Shown one piece after another: positions 50,100 through 63,621 of a DNA stretch of 64,000 bases (position 1 is the first letter of the stretch; each line of letters opens with the position of its first letter). Position numbers and translations under genes: made by a program. This stretch comes from Squalus acanthias (lineage: Eukaryota), in the NCBI GenBank assembly GCA_030390025.1, contig JASTWF010000355.1:186001-250000 (forward strand), given 5' to 3'. The notes under the pieces are model-generated. The model worked only from the letters and a program-made list of their open reading frames with translations, was not told where the DNA came from and made no database searches.

Positions 50100-51575
50100 T
50101 GTATGAAGTATCTTAACTCCATTTACTGGCCTTCGTCCCATAACACTTCATAAACTTGCCTAACAAAAATCGATCAATCTCAGTTTTTTTTATTTTCGAT
50201 AACTTAGCCTTAACAGCGTTTTGGGGAGAGAGTTCCAGCGTTAACTTGCCTTTGTGTGAAGAACTGCTTCCTGACATCTCCCCTGAATGTACCAGCTCTA
50301 ATTTTGAGATCATGCCGCACTTGATCTCGACACCCCCAACAGAGGAAAATGTTTCACTCTATCTACCAGAACAACTCCTTTTGAATATTGTAAAATCTTC
50401 AATTATGACATCCGTCAATCTTCCATTCTCAGCAGAATACAAGCGTAGTCTATGCAACACGTTCTCATAACTTAAGCACTTTTAGCCCCGGTATCATTCC
50501 GGTGAATCTGCGGAGCCAGCAATGAAAGCAGTTTTCTAAATGGGATCTAACCAGAGCTTCATATAATTGTAACATAACCTCCACTTCTTTGTTTTCTAGC
50601 CGCTTGAGATAAAGGGCAACATTGCATTAGCCTTTCTTTTAAAATATTTCTGGTACCTGTCCAGTAGCATTTCTGCACTTGGACCCCTGAATCTAGCTGC
50701 CACACCACGGTTCCTAACTTCTCACAATTTAGAAAATACCCTGGTCTATTTATCTTAGGTCCAAAGTGGAGGAGCTCTCTGTTCCCCACATCTAACTCCA
50801 GCTGCACAGTTTTCTCCCACTGACTTAATCAATGTCTCTTTGCAACTTTCTGCTCTCATCCTCAATATTTACTGTGCCACATAATGCTGTGCTTTCAGCA
50901 ACCTTGGATATATATGGCTTCCTATTGGCTCATCCAAATCATTTATAATATAGAGAAAAGCTAAATTCCAAGTCCTGATCCCTGAAGGACACCATTACTG
51001 ATATCCTGTCAATGTAATACAGGTCAATAACCGCTAGTCGTTGTCTTCTACCTCCAAACCAATTCTCTACCAGGTCAATAAACTGCCTCCAATTCCATGC
51101 GCTCACATTTCTGATAACAGTCTCTTATTTGGAACCTTATCGAATGCTTTCTGCAAGTCCTTATCAATAACATCCATAGCAACTCCCTTATCTACCACAT
51201 TCGGTACCTATTTAAAATATCTCACTAGGATAGTTACACATGATTAACCTTTACAAATCTATGCTGGCTCTCTCTGATCAGCTCACATTTGTCCCAGAGA
51301 GCAGTCACTCTGTTCCTAATAACAGATTCTAGTAACATCCCACAAAGGACGATCCAGTAAGAGGCCAATAATATCTTCCTCTACCTATCATACTCTTCTT
51401 AAATAATTGAGTGGCAAAGACAATTTTCTAATTCATGGAAACCATTCCGGAATCAAGCGAGCTTTGGAAGATCATGACTAGCTCATTTACAATTCCTCAC
51501 CTGCTCTTTTTAATACCTTGTGTGGAAACCTTCCGGACCTTCAGATTTGTCAAAATTGTCTCATTGTTTCCTCCA
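50100..51575 (-). mobile_element. Old degenerate CR1
   Basis: CR1 RT remnants and 3' end. Confidence 0.65.
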
Positions 51576-51577
51576 TT

Positions 51578-54000
51578 ATAAGAACATAAGACATAGGAGC
51601 AGGAGTAGGCCAATTGGACCCTCGAGCCTGCTCCGCCATTCAATAAGATCATGGCTGATCTGATCCTAACCGCCAATCTACTATCACAGAACCATCTCCT
51701 GAACCGAACAGAATTGGACACACGAAATAGGAGCAGGATCAGGCTACACGGCCCCTGGGACCGCTACGCTACCCACAGGGCCATGACCGATCCGAACATA
51801 GACTCATGTCTAAATTCCTGCCCGCTCCCCGTAATCCTTAATTCCCTTTAATTTTAGGAAACTGTCTATTTCTGTTTTAAATTTATGTAATGATGTAGCT
51901 TCTACAGCTTTTTGGGACAGCATATTCCATGGACCTACCATCCTCTGAGTGAAGTAGTTCCTTCTCATCTCACTTTTGAAAGAGCAGCCCCTTATTGTAA
52001 GACTATGCCCCCGAGTTCTATTTTTACCCATCATCGGGAATATCCTCCCCGCATTCACCCGATCCAACCCCTTCACAATCTTATATGTTTCAATAAGATC
52101 GCCTCTCATTCTTCTGAACGCCAATGAATATAGTCCCAATCTACCAAACCTCTCCTCATATGTGCATCCCCTCATCCCCGGGATTAACCGAGTGAACCTT
52201 CTTTGTACTGACTCGAGAGCAAGTATGTCTTTTCGTAAATATGGACACCAAAACTGTATGCAGTATTCCAGGTGCGGTCTCACCAATACCTTGTACAACT
52301 GAAGCAATTCCTCCCTATTTTTATATTCTATCCCCCAAGCAATGAAAGCCAACATTCCATTGGCCTTCTTAATCACTTGCTGCACCTGCATACTAACCTT
52401 TTGAGTTTCGTGCACCAGGTCTCCCAGATCCCTTTGTACTTCAGTACTTTCCAGTTTCTTGCCATTAAGATAATAACTTGCTCTACTATTTTTCCTGCCA
52501 AAGTGCATAGCCTCACACTTTCCAGTAATGTATTCCATCTGCCAAATCTCTGCCCACTTACTTAGCCAGTCTATGTCCCCTTGCAGATTTTTTATGTCCT
52601 CCTCACTCACTACTTTCGCTCCCATCTTAGTATCATCTGCAAACTTTGATATGTTACACTCGGTCCCCTCCTCCAAATGGTTAATATAGATTGTAAAGAG
52701 TTGGGGACCTAGCACTGACCCCTGCGGAACACCACTAGTTACTGGTTGCCAGCCTGAGAATGAACCATTTATCCCAACTCTCTGCCTTCTGTTAGATAGC
52801 CAATCCTCTATCCATGCCAGAATATTACCCCGAATCCCGTGATTTTTTACCTTAAGCAATAATTTGTTGCGTGGCACCTTGTCAAATGCCTTTTGGAAGT
52901 CTAAATACACCACATCCACTGGTTCCCCTTTATCCACCCTGTATGTTACTTCCTCAAAGAACTCCAGCAAATTTGTCAAACATGACTTCCCCTTCATAAA
53001 ACCATGCTGACTTTGTCCTATTAAATTATGATTATCCAAATGTCCCGTTACTGTCTCCTTAATAACAACAGAAAACGCTGGAAAAACTCAGCAGGCCAGG
53101 CAACATTCGTGGACTCCAAAATTTTACCTACCACAGATGTTAGGCTAACTGGTCTATAGTTTCCAGCCTTCTGTCTACTGCCCTTTTTAAATAAGAGTGT
53201 TACATTAGCAGTTTTCCAGTCTGCCGGGATCTTTGCTGAGTCCAGGGAGTTTTGGAAAATTATTACCAATGCATCCACAATCCCTACCGCCACTTCCCTC
53301 AAGACCCTAGGATGTAAGCCATCAGGTCTAGGTGATTTATCCGCCTTGAGTCCCATTATTTTACCGAGTACCACTTCCTTAGTGATTTTGATCGTGTTTA
53401 GCTCCCCCCCCCCTATAGTCCCCTGTTTCTCCAGTGTTGAGATATTCTTAATGTCCTTTACTGTAAAGACTGATACAAAATATTCATCCAGTGTATTTGT
53501 TATCTCCATATTTACCAGCATTAATTTCCCGGTTTCATCCTCTAAGGGACCAACATTTACTTTAGCCACCCTTTTTCTTTTGATATAACTATAAAAACTC
53601 TTATTATCTGTTTTTATATTTTTTGCTAATTTACTTTCATAATCTATCTTCCCTTTCTTAATAAATCTTTTTGTTATTTTTTGCTGTCATTTAAAGTTTT
53701 CCCAATCCTCTATCCTCCCACTAAATTTGGCTACATTATAAGCCTTTGTTTTTAGTCGAATACTATCCTCAATGTCTTTACTTAGCCACGGATGACTGTC
53801 TTTTCTTTTACACCCTTTTCTTCTCAGTGGAATATATATTTTTTGGAAGTTGTAAAATCTCTCCTTAAATGTACACCACTGATCATGTATCGTCTTACCC
53901 CTTCATCTATTTTCCCAATCCATTCTACTCAATTCCGCTCGCATACATTCATAGTCTCCTTTATTCAAGCTTAGCAAGCTTGTTTGAGATCCAACCTACT
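51578..54000 (-). mobile_element. Young CR1 LINE with an uninterrupted 409-aa RT ORF (51810-53039)
   Basis: QHGFMKGKSCLTNL, YLDFQKAFDKV, GVPQGSVLGP, FADDTK; same subfamily as 33709-35192. Confidence 0.93.
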
Positions 54001-54960
54001 GACCCTCTAATTGAATATGGTCACTCATTCCAAGGAGATACTTTACTAGGACATTTTTAATTGATCCTGTCTCGTTACACAGGACCAGATCTAAGCCTAT
54101 TATATGGTACTTTATCAAATGCCTTCTGAAATCCATTTGCACAATAACAACTGCAGTGTCCTCATCCACCCTTTCTGATAACTCATCCAAAAATCTCAAC
54201 CAAGCTAGTGAAGCAGGATTTTCCCTTAAAAAATCCACGCTGTCTCTCCTTTATTCGTTCAATCCTGTCCAAGTGGCTGTTAATTTCTTCCGTATTATTG
54301 ATTCTAAAACCTTCCCCACCACCGAATGTAAACTGACTGGAACGCAATTACCAGGTTCAACCTTCTCCCATTTTTTGTGCAAGGGTGTGACATTTGAAAT
54401 CTTCCAGTGCTCTGGCACCAGCCCTGTATCTAAAGGGGATAGGAAACAGAACCTCCACAATTTCACCCCTTACTTCCCTCAGCAATATAGGATGCATCCC
54501 ATCCACAAATTGTGACTTCTGCACTTAAGTACTGGTAGCCTTTCCAGTAGCTCCTCTCTATCTATTTTTAGTTCATCCAGTATCACAGCAACCTCTTCTT
54601 TTACCGTAGCTTTGGGACAGTCCTCTCCTTGGTAAACACCGATGCAAAGTACTCATTTATTACCGCAGCCATGTCTTCAGCCTCCACCAATAGATTTCCA
54701 TTTTGGTCCCTAATCGGCCCCACCGCTCCTCTGAAAACCCTTTTCTGGTATCATCCTTGCAAATCTCTCTTGCATTTTCTCTATTGCCGCGTTATCCCTT
54801 TTATAATATGGAGACCAGAACTCCAAACATTTCTCCAATCTGGTCTGAGCAATGTTCGATGCAAGCTTGACATAACTTCTCTGCTTTGGATTCTATCCCT
54901 CTAGAAATAAACTCAATGCTTTTGAGTGCGTTGTATGGCGTATTAACCGGCGTCGTTACT
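54000..54960 (-). mobile_element. Older CR1 fragments
   Basis: VPEHWKISNVTPL...SVVGKVLESII. Confidence 0.65.
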
Positions 54961-55577
54961 TTTATTGAGATGATATAAAGAAAACTTCTGAAAATAATGA
55001 AGCTCACTCAGCAGAATGTGAAAATTATAGGACATGAAGAGGCCACTCGAGCCGACGGGCAGAGATAGTAAATTCTGTTCACTATCTCCGTTCTGTGTTG
55101 CTCTGTGTTGATTTTTATTTGACCAAATTGTCTTTTAATTCATTTCCCCTCTCCATATTTTACAGACACGGTGTGAACGAGTTTGTTTTTGGTAGCTAAT
55201 TATTTTGATCAAGCATTTGAAACTTCTTTATTTTGACTGTAGATTGCTCAGAGACCCAGCGGAGTTTCACTTGTCAGTTTCCTGACAGGGAAACTTGCTC
55301 AAGGCAGAGAGAGAAACATAAATGAACAACAAGCAGAAAGTGAAATCTGGAGACAGATACAGGCCGAGTCTTCCACCGCCTCTGCTCTGGTTAAAGATCG
55401 TTTGGCGGAATGGATTATGTGTTTGACTTCGGTGTTGATCTTGATGTTATCAGAAGATTGCAGGTACGAGTTCTAGGCGGTCATTGTGCACACGGTGTTA
55501 ACACGTGTCCTACTTGGGCCGGAACTGTTTGACACCCGATCATTTCTAACAGGCTCAAATCTGTCGTAACAGAAATA

Positions 55578-55770
55578 TAACAACAACTTGCTTTTGTATC
55601 GCGCCTTTAACGTAGTAAAACGTCCGAAGGCGCTTCACAGGAACATTAACAAACACATTTTGAAACTGAGACACATAAGGAGATATTAGGGGAGATGACC
55701 GGAAGCTTTTTCAAAGTGGTGGGTTTTAAGGAGCGACTTGAAGGGGGTAAGTGAGGTCTGGAATCACAAT
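55578..55770 (-). mobile_element. L2-type 3' tail or L2-dependent SINE fragment
   Basis: AACAACAACTTGC...GCGCCTTTAACG...AAGGCGCTTCACAG terminal motif. Confidence 0.55.
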
Positions 55771-56282
55771 TCAAACTGTGCTCACCAACATGGTGATGAG
55801 CGGAATTGCCAGGAAATGAGCCATTCTTCAACGTTTGAAACCAATTGATGATTCTGCAGCAGCAGATCCGGCCGGGGCTTCAATGGATGCTGGTCACTTC
55901 CTGTCAGCTGATTAACACTGGATTAACTACAGGTGCCTGCTCGTAAGATATCTCAGCGTAACGTGATTAGCTCATAAACGAGCGGAAAGGGCGGGAAATT
56001 GCCTTTCCGACCTGGGGGCATAACCAGTTCTTTGGGCGGAGACCAGTCCGGCGAAGTGTCCGTTGCTTGCTGATATGTGGGCTTAATGTAGTTATGAGCG
56101 CAACTCCCGTACGGTTAGAACTCCTCGCTCTTTTGAATTATGATTTGATTTGGCCTATTCTAAACTGCTTTCTTGGCGGAAATCATGTTGAAATTCCAGA
56201 ACTGTTGCGCACTGGTGCTTCAGGCGAAATTATGATAATTTCAAGTAAGATGTCGTACCGCACAGGACAGCAGCTATTCTGA

Positions 56283-56565
56283 AACAAAAACCGAAGATGC
56301 TGGAAACACTCAGCAGGTCAGGCAGCATCTGTGGCGAGAGTTACAGTTAACGGCTCAGGTCGATGACGTTTCCTCATTACTGGAAGATATTGGTGATAAG
56401 CAGCTGTTAATCAAATGCAGAGCCAGGGAAACGGGGACAGGAAAGGGAAAAGGGAAGGTCTGTGATAGTGTGCAGGGCAGGAGTGATTAACTAACAAAAG
56501 GGATGAGGTTGTGGTGCAAAACGGGGCGGTAATGTGACAAGTTCAGAAACAAACGATGGCCCAGT
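56283..56565 (-). mobile_element. Penelope-like terminal repeat and UTR fragment
   Basis: Colinear with 16867-17160. Confidence 0.75.
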
Positions 56566-56949
56566 GACGGTGGAAACCCGCTCCTCTTTGCTCGGCTTCT
56601 TTGTTTGTGCTGTTCTGTCCTCACCATCTGCCTGATCCAGTTTGTTTCTCCAACTTTCCCAGTCAACCTGTTTCAGTTCCGGGTCATTTGATACAAAATA
56701 GCGGCGTGCTGAATATTTTAACTCGCAGGGATCTGGACAGCGAGAGGAGGGAAAGCGGCTATTTTGCTTCGCCACCAGTGAGGAAATGCTAACTTTGTCT
56801 TTCATTCACGTTGCTCTGTCGAAGAGCAGCCTTTCGGCAAAGGCTGGGAATCTGGGCCGGTGATCAATATCTCCGAGAGGGGTGGAGGGAGCGTGCGAGA
56901 GACTAGAACTAATAACTCGAAAGTTGGCAAGGATCATATTTTAACGGGT

Positions 56950-57362
56950 AGGTTTGTTTTATTCATTCACGGGTTTGAGCTTCACTGCCAAGGCCAGCAT
57001 TTATTGCCCATCCCTAATTGCCCCTCAGAAGGTGGTGGTGAACCTCGTTATACAACTGAGTGGCTTCCTGGGCCATTTCAGGTGGCAGTTGAGGGTCAAC
57101 CACATTGCGCTGTGTCTGGAGTCAATAAAGACCAGACCGGGTAAGGACGGCAAATTACCTTCCCTAAAGGACATCAGTGAACCAGATAGGTTTTTACAAC
57201 AATCTGGTAGTTTCATGGTTATCATTAACGATACTAGTTTTGATGAAGCCAGATTTATTCACTTAATCCATGCTGGGATTTGAACTCATGTTCTATAAAT
57301 GCGACCATTCGTCCAATCCATTGGTTGGCGAATGGTGTAACATAACCACTACGCCACCGTGC
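56950..57362 (-). mobile_element. tRNA-derived SINE carrying the LINE 3' tail
   Basis: A-box TGGCGTAGTGG (~57347-57357), B-box GAGTTCAAATCCC (~57275-57287); the tail matches the LINE ends at ~1770-1840 and ~43260-43330. Confidence 0.8.
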
Positions 57363-57550
57363 CCCTAGATGCGGTTATTATGGGATTAAAATGCCCTGTC
57401 TTTTAAACAGGGATCTTGGATTCAAATCCAAGAGGTGCCTAGAGCTCCAATCAGTTTTCATGTTTTGTTGCTGGGCTTTAGTTGAAGCAGTTGTAATTCA
57501 GAGAACAGCGGGAGCGGCGATTGCTCCTCCTCAAGTGCTGCTTGTGAAAG

Positions 57551-58015
57551 CCCGTGGTGGGCTCCCGAGCCGGTTCTGTCCTTGCGGAAGTCCCTGGTGG
57601 GCTCCCCAGCCGTCTCTGTCCTTGCGGAAGTCCCTGGTGGGCTCCCCAGCCGGTTCTGTCCTTGCGGAAGTCCCTGGTGGGCTCCCCAGCCGGTTCTGGC
57701 CTTGCGGATGTCCCTGGTGGGCTCCCCAGCCGGTTCTGTCCTTGCGGAAGTCCCTGGAGGGCTCCCCAGCCATCTCTGTCCTTGTGTAAGACCCTGGTGG
57801 GCCCCGCAGCCGTCTCTACCCTTGTGTAAGCCCCTGGTGCTCTCCCCAGTCATCTTTGTCCTTGTGTAAGAACCTGGTGCTCTCCCCAGCCATCTCTGTC
57901 CTTATGGAAGCCCCTGGTGGGCTCCCCAGCAGTCGCCGTCCTTGTGGAAGGCCCTGGTGTGCTCCCTAGCACTCTCTGGCCTTGGGGAAGACCGTGGTGT
58001 ACTCCACAGCCGTCT
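57551..58015. repeat. 40-bp GC-rich minisatellite, ~11 copies
   Basis: CCCTGGTGGGCTCCCCAGCCGGTTCTGTCCTTGCGGAAGT at a 40-bp period. Confidence 0.93.
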
Positions 58016-58604
58016 ATGTGCCGACTTTCGAGTTATTAGTTCCAGTATGTCCCTCTCTCTCTCACTAACTCATTCCCTCCATACACCCCTCACGGAAGCT
58101 GTAGCATTATTGAGTAACCCGTTCGACTGTCTATGTGGTGCAACCTATCAGCGAGTTCTTCTTTTAACTCTAAGGTTTGAACTTTGGGCCCCACCAGCAA
58201 CCGGAGATTTGCATTTAATTATGTATTTGTCTTTAAGTTTCACAGACTGAATCGTCCAAGTTCTTGATGTATATTTTGGCCGCACAAGTTGTCCCGAGCA
58301 AAGGCTAAATTTGAAGTACCTCTGTGCAAATAGACGGCTATTTCTATAACAGACCGTACATTTCGTGTAATATCAGTCTAAATGACTTGCATAAAGAGAA
58401 ATAGCATTCGTAGGATTGCAATAAATTGTTTAACTATAGGATTGAAATCAATTAAATTAATAACTAAATAATCAATGCAAACATATTTTACACAGCTGTA
58501 GAAATCTCAGTATCATTGGTCAATGAAAACTCTGTCACACTCCACACACTGCACAGTGGCACCGCAAGGGCTCCTACAACACTTGCAATATTGTTTTCAA
58601 TTAC

Positions 58605-58840
58605 AGGTCAGTGTAATTCTCTTCGTGTCCAACACTGTGAGCTCACCCCTCCAGTGTAATTCACTCCGTGTCTAACACTCTGAGCTCTCTCCTGGTGTGT
58701 CAGCTCACTGTGTTTATAAACACTTCAGTGTAATTCACTCCGTGTTCAAAATTGTGAGCTCACCCCTCCAATGTCAGCTCTCTGTGTTTATTAACATTTA
58801 GTGTAATTCAATTCGTGTCCGAAACTGTGAGCTCTCCCCT
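58605..58840. repeat. Degenerate tandem repeat (CAGTGTAATTCACTCCGTGT...GTGAGCTC)
   Basis: Four recurrences, read directly. Confidence 0.7.
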
Positions 58841-58849
58841 GGGGTTAAG

Positions 58850-59270
58850 TAGTACTTTAGAGTTCAGCAATAATCAGCGACAAGAGGGTGTGACCGCGAG
58901 TCAGGAAGGTATGAGGACACAGGATTAATGATGCTGGACACTGGGACTTGCCATTTACCAACAGGAATGAGGTACTTGTTACGTGTATGGATGAGAACAA
59001 AGGCTGCATAATGGGTGACCAAACTGACCATGGCCTCCTGGTCCAGGTAGCCATTCAAGTGGGGTGAGTGAAAAGGAAATAAGTTGTGTTAGGGGGCAGT
59101 ATAATCAGGGGGATATATATGCTTCTTTGCAGCCGCGACCGGCAGTTACGAAGGTTATGCTGCATGCCTGGTGCCGGGTAAAGGATGTCTCCTCGCGGCT
59201 GGAGAAGAACTTCGAGTGTAGAAGAGAAATATTAGTGACTGTATCATGTCCCCTGATTCCTCCACCTGCC
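58850..59270 (+). mobile_element. CR1 ORF1 (SGNH esterase-type) remnant
   Basis: Degenerate G.SIIRG and CMPGA.VKDVSSRLE motifs. Confidence 0.5.
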
Positions 59271-59282
59271 CATGTCTGATGC

Positions 59283-59640
59283 GTCAGCTGCCCACTCCAG
59301 CTCCTGCCCACGGTAACTACAGCTGATGAATTGCAACGAGAGGCTAAATCCTTTCTCCAGGTGACATCACAAAGGGAGTCAGGAGCCAATCATATAGCAG
59401 CCAGCGCAGGCCCCGCCCAGTGGTGGCAAGATAAGGTCACATGCCCAGGCTCTGCTCCTGGTGCAATCTCACTAGGCTGGAGCACAATTTGCAGGATCTG
59501 CCCATTAGCATTATGATGCTGTCTCCGACCCCCGCTCCCGCCAAACGACACCCCAGGCAGAGCAATGACCCCAATTAAGGTCTCATGTATCGTGCGTCCT
59601 CCTAATATGTGGTCCCACTATTCAATGTTCCCCACTTCCC
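59283..59640 (-). promoter_or_regulatory. Promoter-like module (copy 2)
   Basis: GGGCGGGG, GATTGG and TGATGTCA on the minus strand; aligns with 43405-43790. Confidence 0.35.
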
Positions 59641-60014
59641 AATGTTTCCTCATATATTTTCTATCTTTTGCAACTGGTAAATATCCCTCTATCTGTCCCA
59701 TCAAATATTCAAAGGGCAGGTACAACACGGGTTAGATACAGGGTAAAGCTCCATCGACAGGTCCAATAGGGAACGGCTGGAAAAAGTTAAACAGAGAGAG
59801 ATCTTGCAACAGAGAATGGGCGGTGTCAAAGACCGACTCCCTCCCTTGCCTGAATCAGCAATCTCAGTCCGCTCCATCTCACAAAATCAATCTGCCAAAT
59901 TATCCTCCCTCTGCTGTCTACTTACCCAATTACAGCTTCCAGAGGTGGAGCTCAATCCTTCTAATTAAAAATACTATTGATGTTATTTAGTGATATCATT
60001 TTCATGTTGGTGCA

Positions 60015-61330
60015 GGGGCAGAGAGACCTGTGGGTTCACGTACAAAAATCTTTGAAGGTGGCAGGGCAAAATGAGATGGTTGTTCAAAAAGCATCCGGGA
60101 TTCATGGCTTTATAAACAGAGGCATAGAGTGAAAATCAAGAAAGTTGTGCGAAACCTTTATAAATCACTGGTTAGGCTCCAGCTGGAGTATTGTGTCCAG
60201 TTCTGGGCACCACACTTTAGGAAGTCTATCAAGGCTTTGGAGAAGGTGCAGAGGAGATTTATTAGAATGGAACCAGGGATGGGGCCTAACCAATCTTTTA
60301 TAGTTTAAAAAAACAATTACTCTATGCTTTCTGTTCCTTAGTCAATTTATGATCAACGCAGCCACAGCCCCATTAATCCCATGGGTTCAATTTTACTAAC
60401 AAGTGTATCAAGTGGTACATAAAAAATCGCCTTTTTAAAGTCCATATATAAAACTTCAACCGCACTACCCTTCAAAACCTTTTCCGTGTCTTCATCAAAT
60501 AACTCAATCAAGTTAGTCAAACACGATTTGCCTTTAACAAATCCGTGCTGGCTTTCATTTATTGAACCATATTGATTCCAAGTGCCAATTAATTTTGTCC
60601 AGGAGTAATGTCTCTAAAACTTTTCCCACCACTAACGTCAGTCTGCCTGGCCTGTAACTGCCGTGTTTATCCCTCTCCCCTTTTTAACATGACTGTAACA
60701 ATTGCAATCCTCCAGTCATCTGGCACCACTCCCATATCCAAAGAGGGTTGGAATATTGTGGCCGGACCCGCATAATTTCCACCTTTACTTCGCTCAGCAA
60801 CCTAAGATGGTACCTATCCGGACCGGGTGACTTTTCTACTTTGAGCGCTGCCAATATTGTAAGTGCCTCCTCTTTATCGATTGTATCCTGCTGAATTTCT
60901 CTGCTGCATCCTCCTTTACTGTGGCATTCGCAGCATCCTCTTCTGTAGTGAAAACAAATGCCGCCCTCCTTTCTGTTACTAATCGGCCCCACACTTCCTT
61001 TCACTTCCCTTTTACTGGTTATCTGTTTATAAAAGATTTTTGGCTCCCCTCTATATTACCCGCTAATCTATTCTCATACAATCTCTTAGCCCCTCTTATT
61101 TCCTTTTTCAATATGTTTCTGCACTTTCTGTATTCAGCTTTAGTCATTCAGAGAGCTCTAGATTTTTAGATGGAATTTTTGACACTAGCGGAATCGTGTG
61201 ACATTTGTATCGGGTGGGAAAGTGGAGCTGAGTTCGAAGATCCGCGATGATCTTCTGGAATGGCGGAGTAGGCTCAATGGGCGGCATGGTCTACTCCTGC
61301 TCATAATTATTATGTTCTTATGTTCTTACG
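60015..61330. mobile_element. CR1 fragments on both strands
   Basis: LEYCVQFWAP (+), KSPGPD (-) and a CR1 tail at ~61150-61330. Confidence 0.7.
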
Positions 61331-61425
61331 TTCTTTGGATGCGCTTCTTTTTCTATTTTTGTGAATGGGGTCATTGACTGAGATAATCTGTTAACCCCTC
61401 TACCCGTGGTTCCTCCCTGGGTTTG

Positions 61426-61428
<3 letters not shown>

Positions 61429-61487
<59 letters not shown>

Positions 61488-61512
61488 CATACACACACAC
61501 ACACACATATAT
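61429..61512. repeat. (TA)n + (CA)n microsatellite
   Basis: Read directly. Confidence 0.95.
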
Positions 61513-62029
61513 CTAGTTACACATATATATGGATTAATAGATCTGTCTGTGTCTCAATGATTCAATTGGGAAGGCAATTGTCCAACTGCGAAACAAAATC
61601 CTTTATTCTATCTGACCTGCTCTATTTTTCCGGCATTTTCTGGGCTTTATTTCAGATTTGTAGTGTTTTGCTTGTTGTTATAGTGCTGCGGCACCCTGTC
61701 CAGTTTAGTAATTCAGTGGAATCAGTACATTGTGATTTGACAGAATAGAGCATTTCACTGGGCAAGTTACACATGGTACAGACCAGCTGGGAAAACTCTT
61801 GCTCTCAGTGATGGGCAGGGTCATTTACACCAGACTGAGTGACTTCATTGTGCAGCCTACAATCATCACCTTTACAACTCTCAAATTTAAACACAAAAGT
61901 GCGTTATCCGAAAACATACATTAACTGACCCACCTGTTTCATCTGCTGCTGTTCTATTAGACTGCACTCCCACAATCCTGGCTGATTATAATGAGAGTTT
62001 GAAAAGTATTATCTCGTGCTTTATTTGTG

Positions 62030-63205
62030 TTAATCTTATTCCTGTCTCTATCACTCTGTTTGTGTTTGTATCTGTCTGTCTTTCATTGTCTCTTTCTCTC
62101 TGTATAGCTGCTGAACTCAGTCGTTTTCTTTCTCTTTAGTTCAAGTCTCTTAATTTCTGTCTATCGCTGTTTTCTTTTCTTTTTAAGTCACCCTTTGCTT
62201 TCTCTTTCACGCTGTCTCACTCTGTATCTCTATGTTGCTGCATCTATTCATAGAATCTTACTTCATAGAATAAGGCCATTCGGCCCATTATGTATGTGCC
62301 GGCCCTTTGAAAGAGCTCTCCAATTCGTTAGCTGCCCTGCTCTTTCCCCATAGCCCGGCAATGTTCTCTCCTTAGATTTTGTATCCAAGTCCCTTTTGAA
62401 AGTTACTATTGAATCTGCTTCCATCATCGTTTAGGTGTGTGCATTCGTAACACCTCTCTGAATAAAAGAATTCTTCTCGTCTCACCTCAGTTTTTTTCCC
62501 AATTACTTTAATGGTATCCTCTCTGAATCTGCCTTCTTTGTCTCCTCTTTCCTTTTCACTCACTCTTTCTCTGGCTCTTTCTCTCCTCGGTCTGTCTCTG
62601 ATTTTTTTATCTTTCCACCCCGTCTACAATGCTTTCTCTGTCTTTCTGTCTCACTCTATCTCCGAGTCTCGGTGTGTGTCTCTTCCTCTTTACTCCATCT
62701 TTCCGTTCGCCTTTTTTATCAACTCAGCCTTTCTGTACCACCCTGTTTGACTCTCATTCTGTTTCTCTCTGTTTTGTTTAAATCTTTCTTTCTATTACTA
62801 GTTGTATCTCTCTTTCTATCTCTCATTTTCTTTCCATCTCTCTCTGACTTATATTACATTTCTCTTTCTCTCTTTTCTGTCTCCTAATCTCCATCTCTTG
62901 CGTGTCTTTCTGTTTTGTTCCATCTCTCTATTTAGCCTCTGTATATTTCTCTCTTTTCTCTTTTGTCTCATTTGAACTCTCTTTTTGTGTGCCTCTGTGT
63001 GTTCTGTCTCTACATTTCCCCGTTTGTGCCCTTTACTCTCTCTTATGTAACTCATTTTTCTTCATCTCGCTGTGCCTTACTCTCTGTGTGCTGTTTCTCC
63101 AGTTACCGTCTGTGCCTTGATTTTTCTCTACTGACTCTCCTTTTCTCCCTTTCGCTCTCTCTCTCTGTTCTATTTCAATGTCCCCATATCTTCCTTCTTC
63201 TTTAA
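62030..63205. repeat. CT-rich low-complexity tract, with a CR1 tail at ~62245-62530
   Basis: Strong pyrimidine strand bias. Confidence 0.8.
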
Positions 63206-63621
63206 CTTTTCATTATCAGAATTTACAATAAATTTTAGTTATTTGATCGCAGACTAATTAGCTACAATTTATTGCACGTTACTCGAAAATTATCATTTAT
63301 ACCAATAAAAAACAATGATAATTTTTTTAAATCAATGCAAAGATACTATTTGCATCTGTTCAGAAACATATCAAGTAGTTGTATTCAATAAAATATTTGA
63401 CGAAATTACCGTCGCCCCAACATTGTGTGAAGTGTTGTGAGCTATTTTATCATAAAAGGCACTTTACAAATTCATGTTTCATTAATTTAATTGTACATTG
63501 TAGACTGGGAAATAGCCGCCAGTTTATTTTTTGCCTCAATTTGTGTCGTTTGCTGTCTGTAGCTCTCCTGCTCTGCTTCTTTCTGTGTCTCTAGTTCGCT
63601 GTGATTGCCTTCTTTTGTGCA

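Noticed and set aside
56491..56805. 104-aa minus ORF (…DPELKQVDWESWRNKLDQ…)
   Set aside because: No recognisable domain or splice structure, and its end runs into a Penelope fragment.
57391..57869. Repetitive ORFs here and at 36549-36977
   Set aside because: Minisatellite translations.
62511..63205. Hydrophobic membrane-protein-like ORFs
   Set aside because: CT-rich low complexity yields Leu/Phe/Ser runs.
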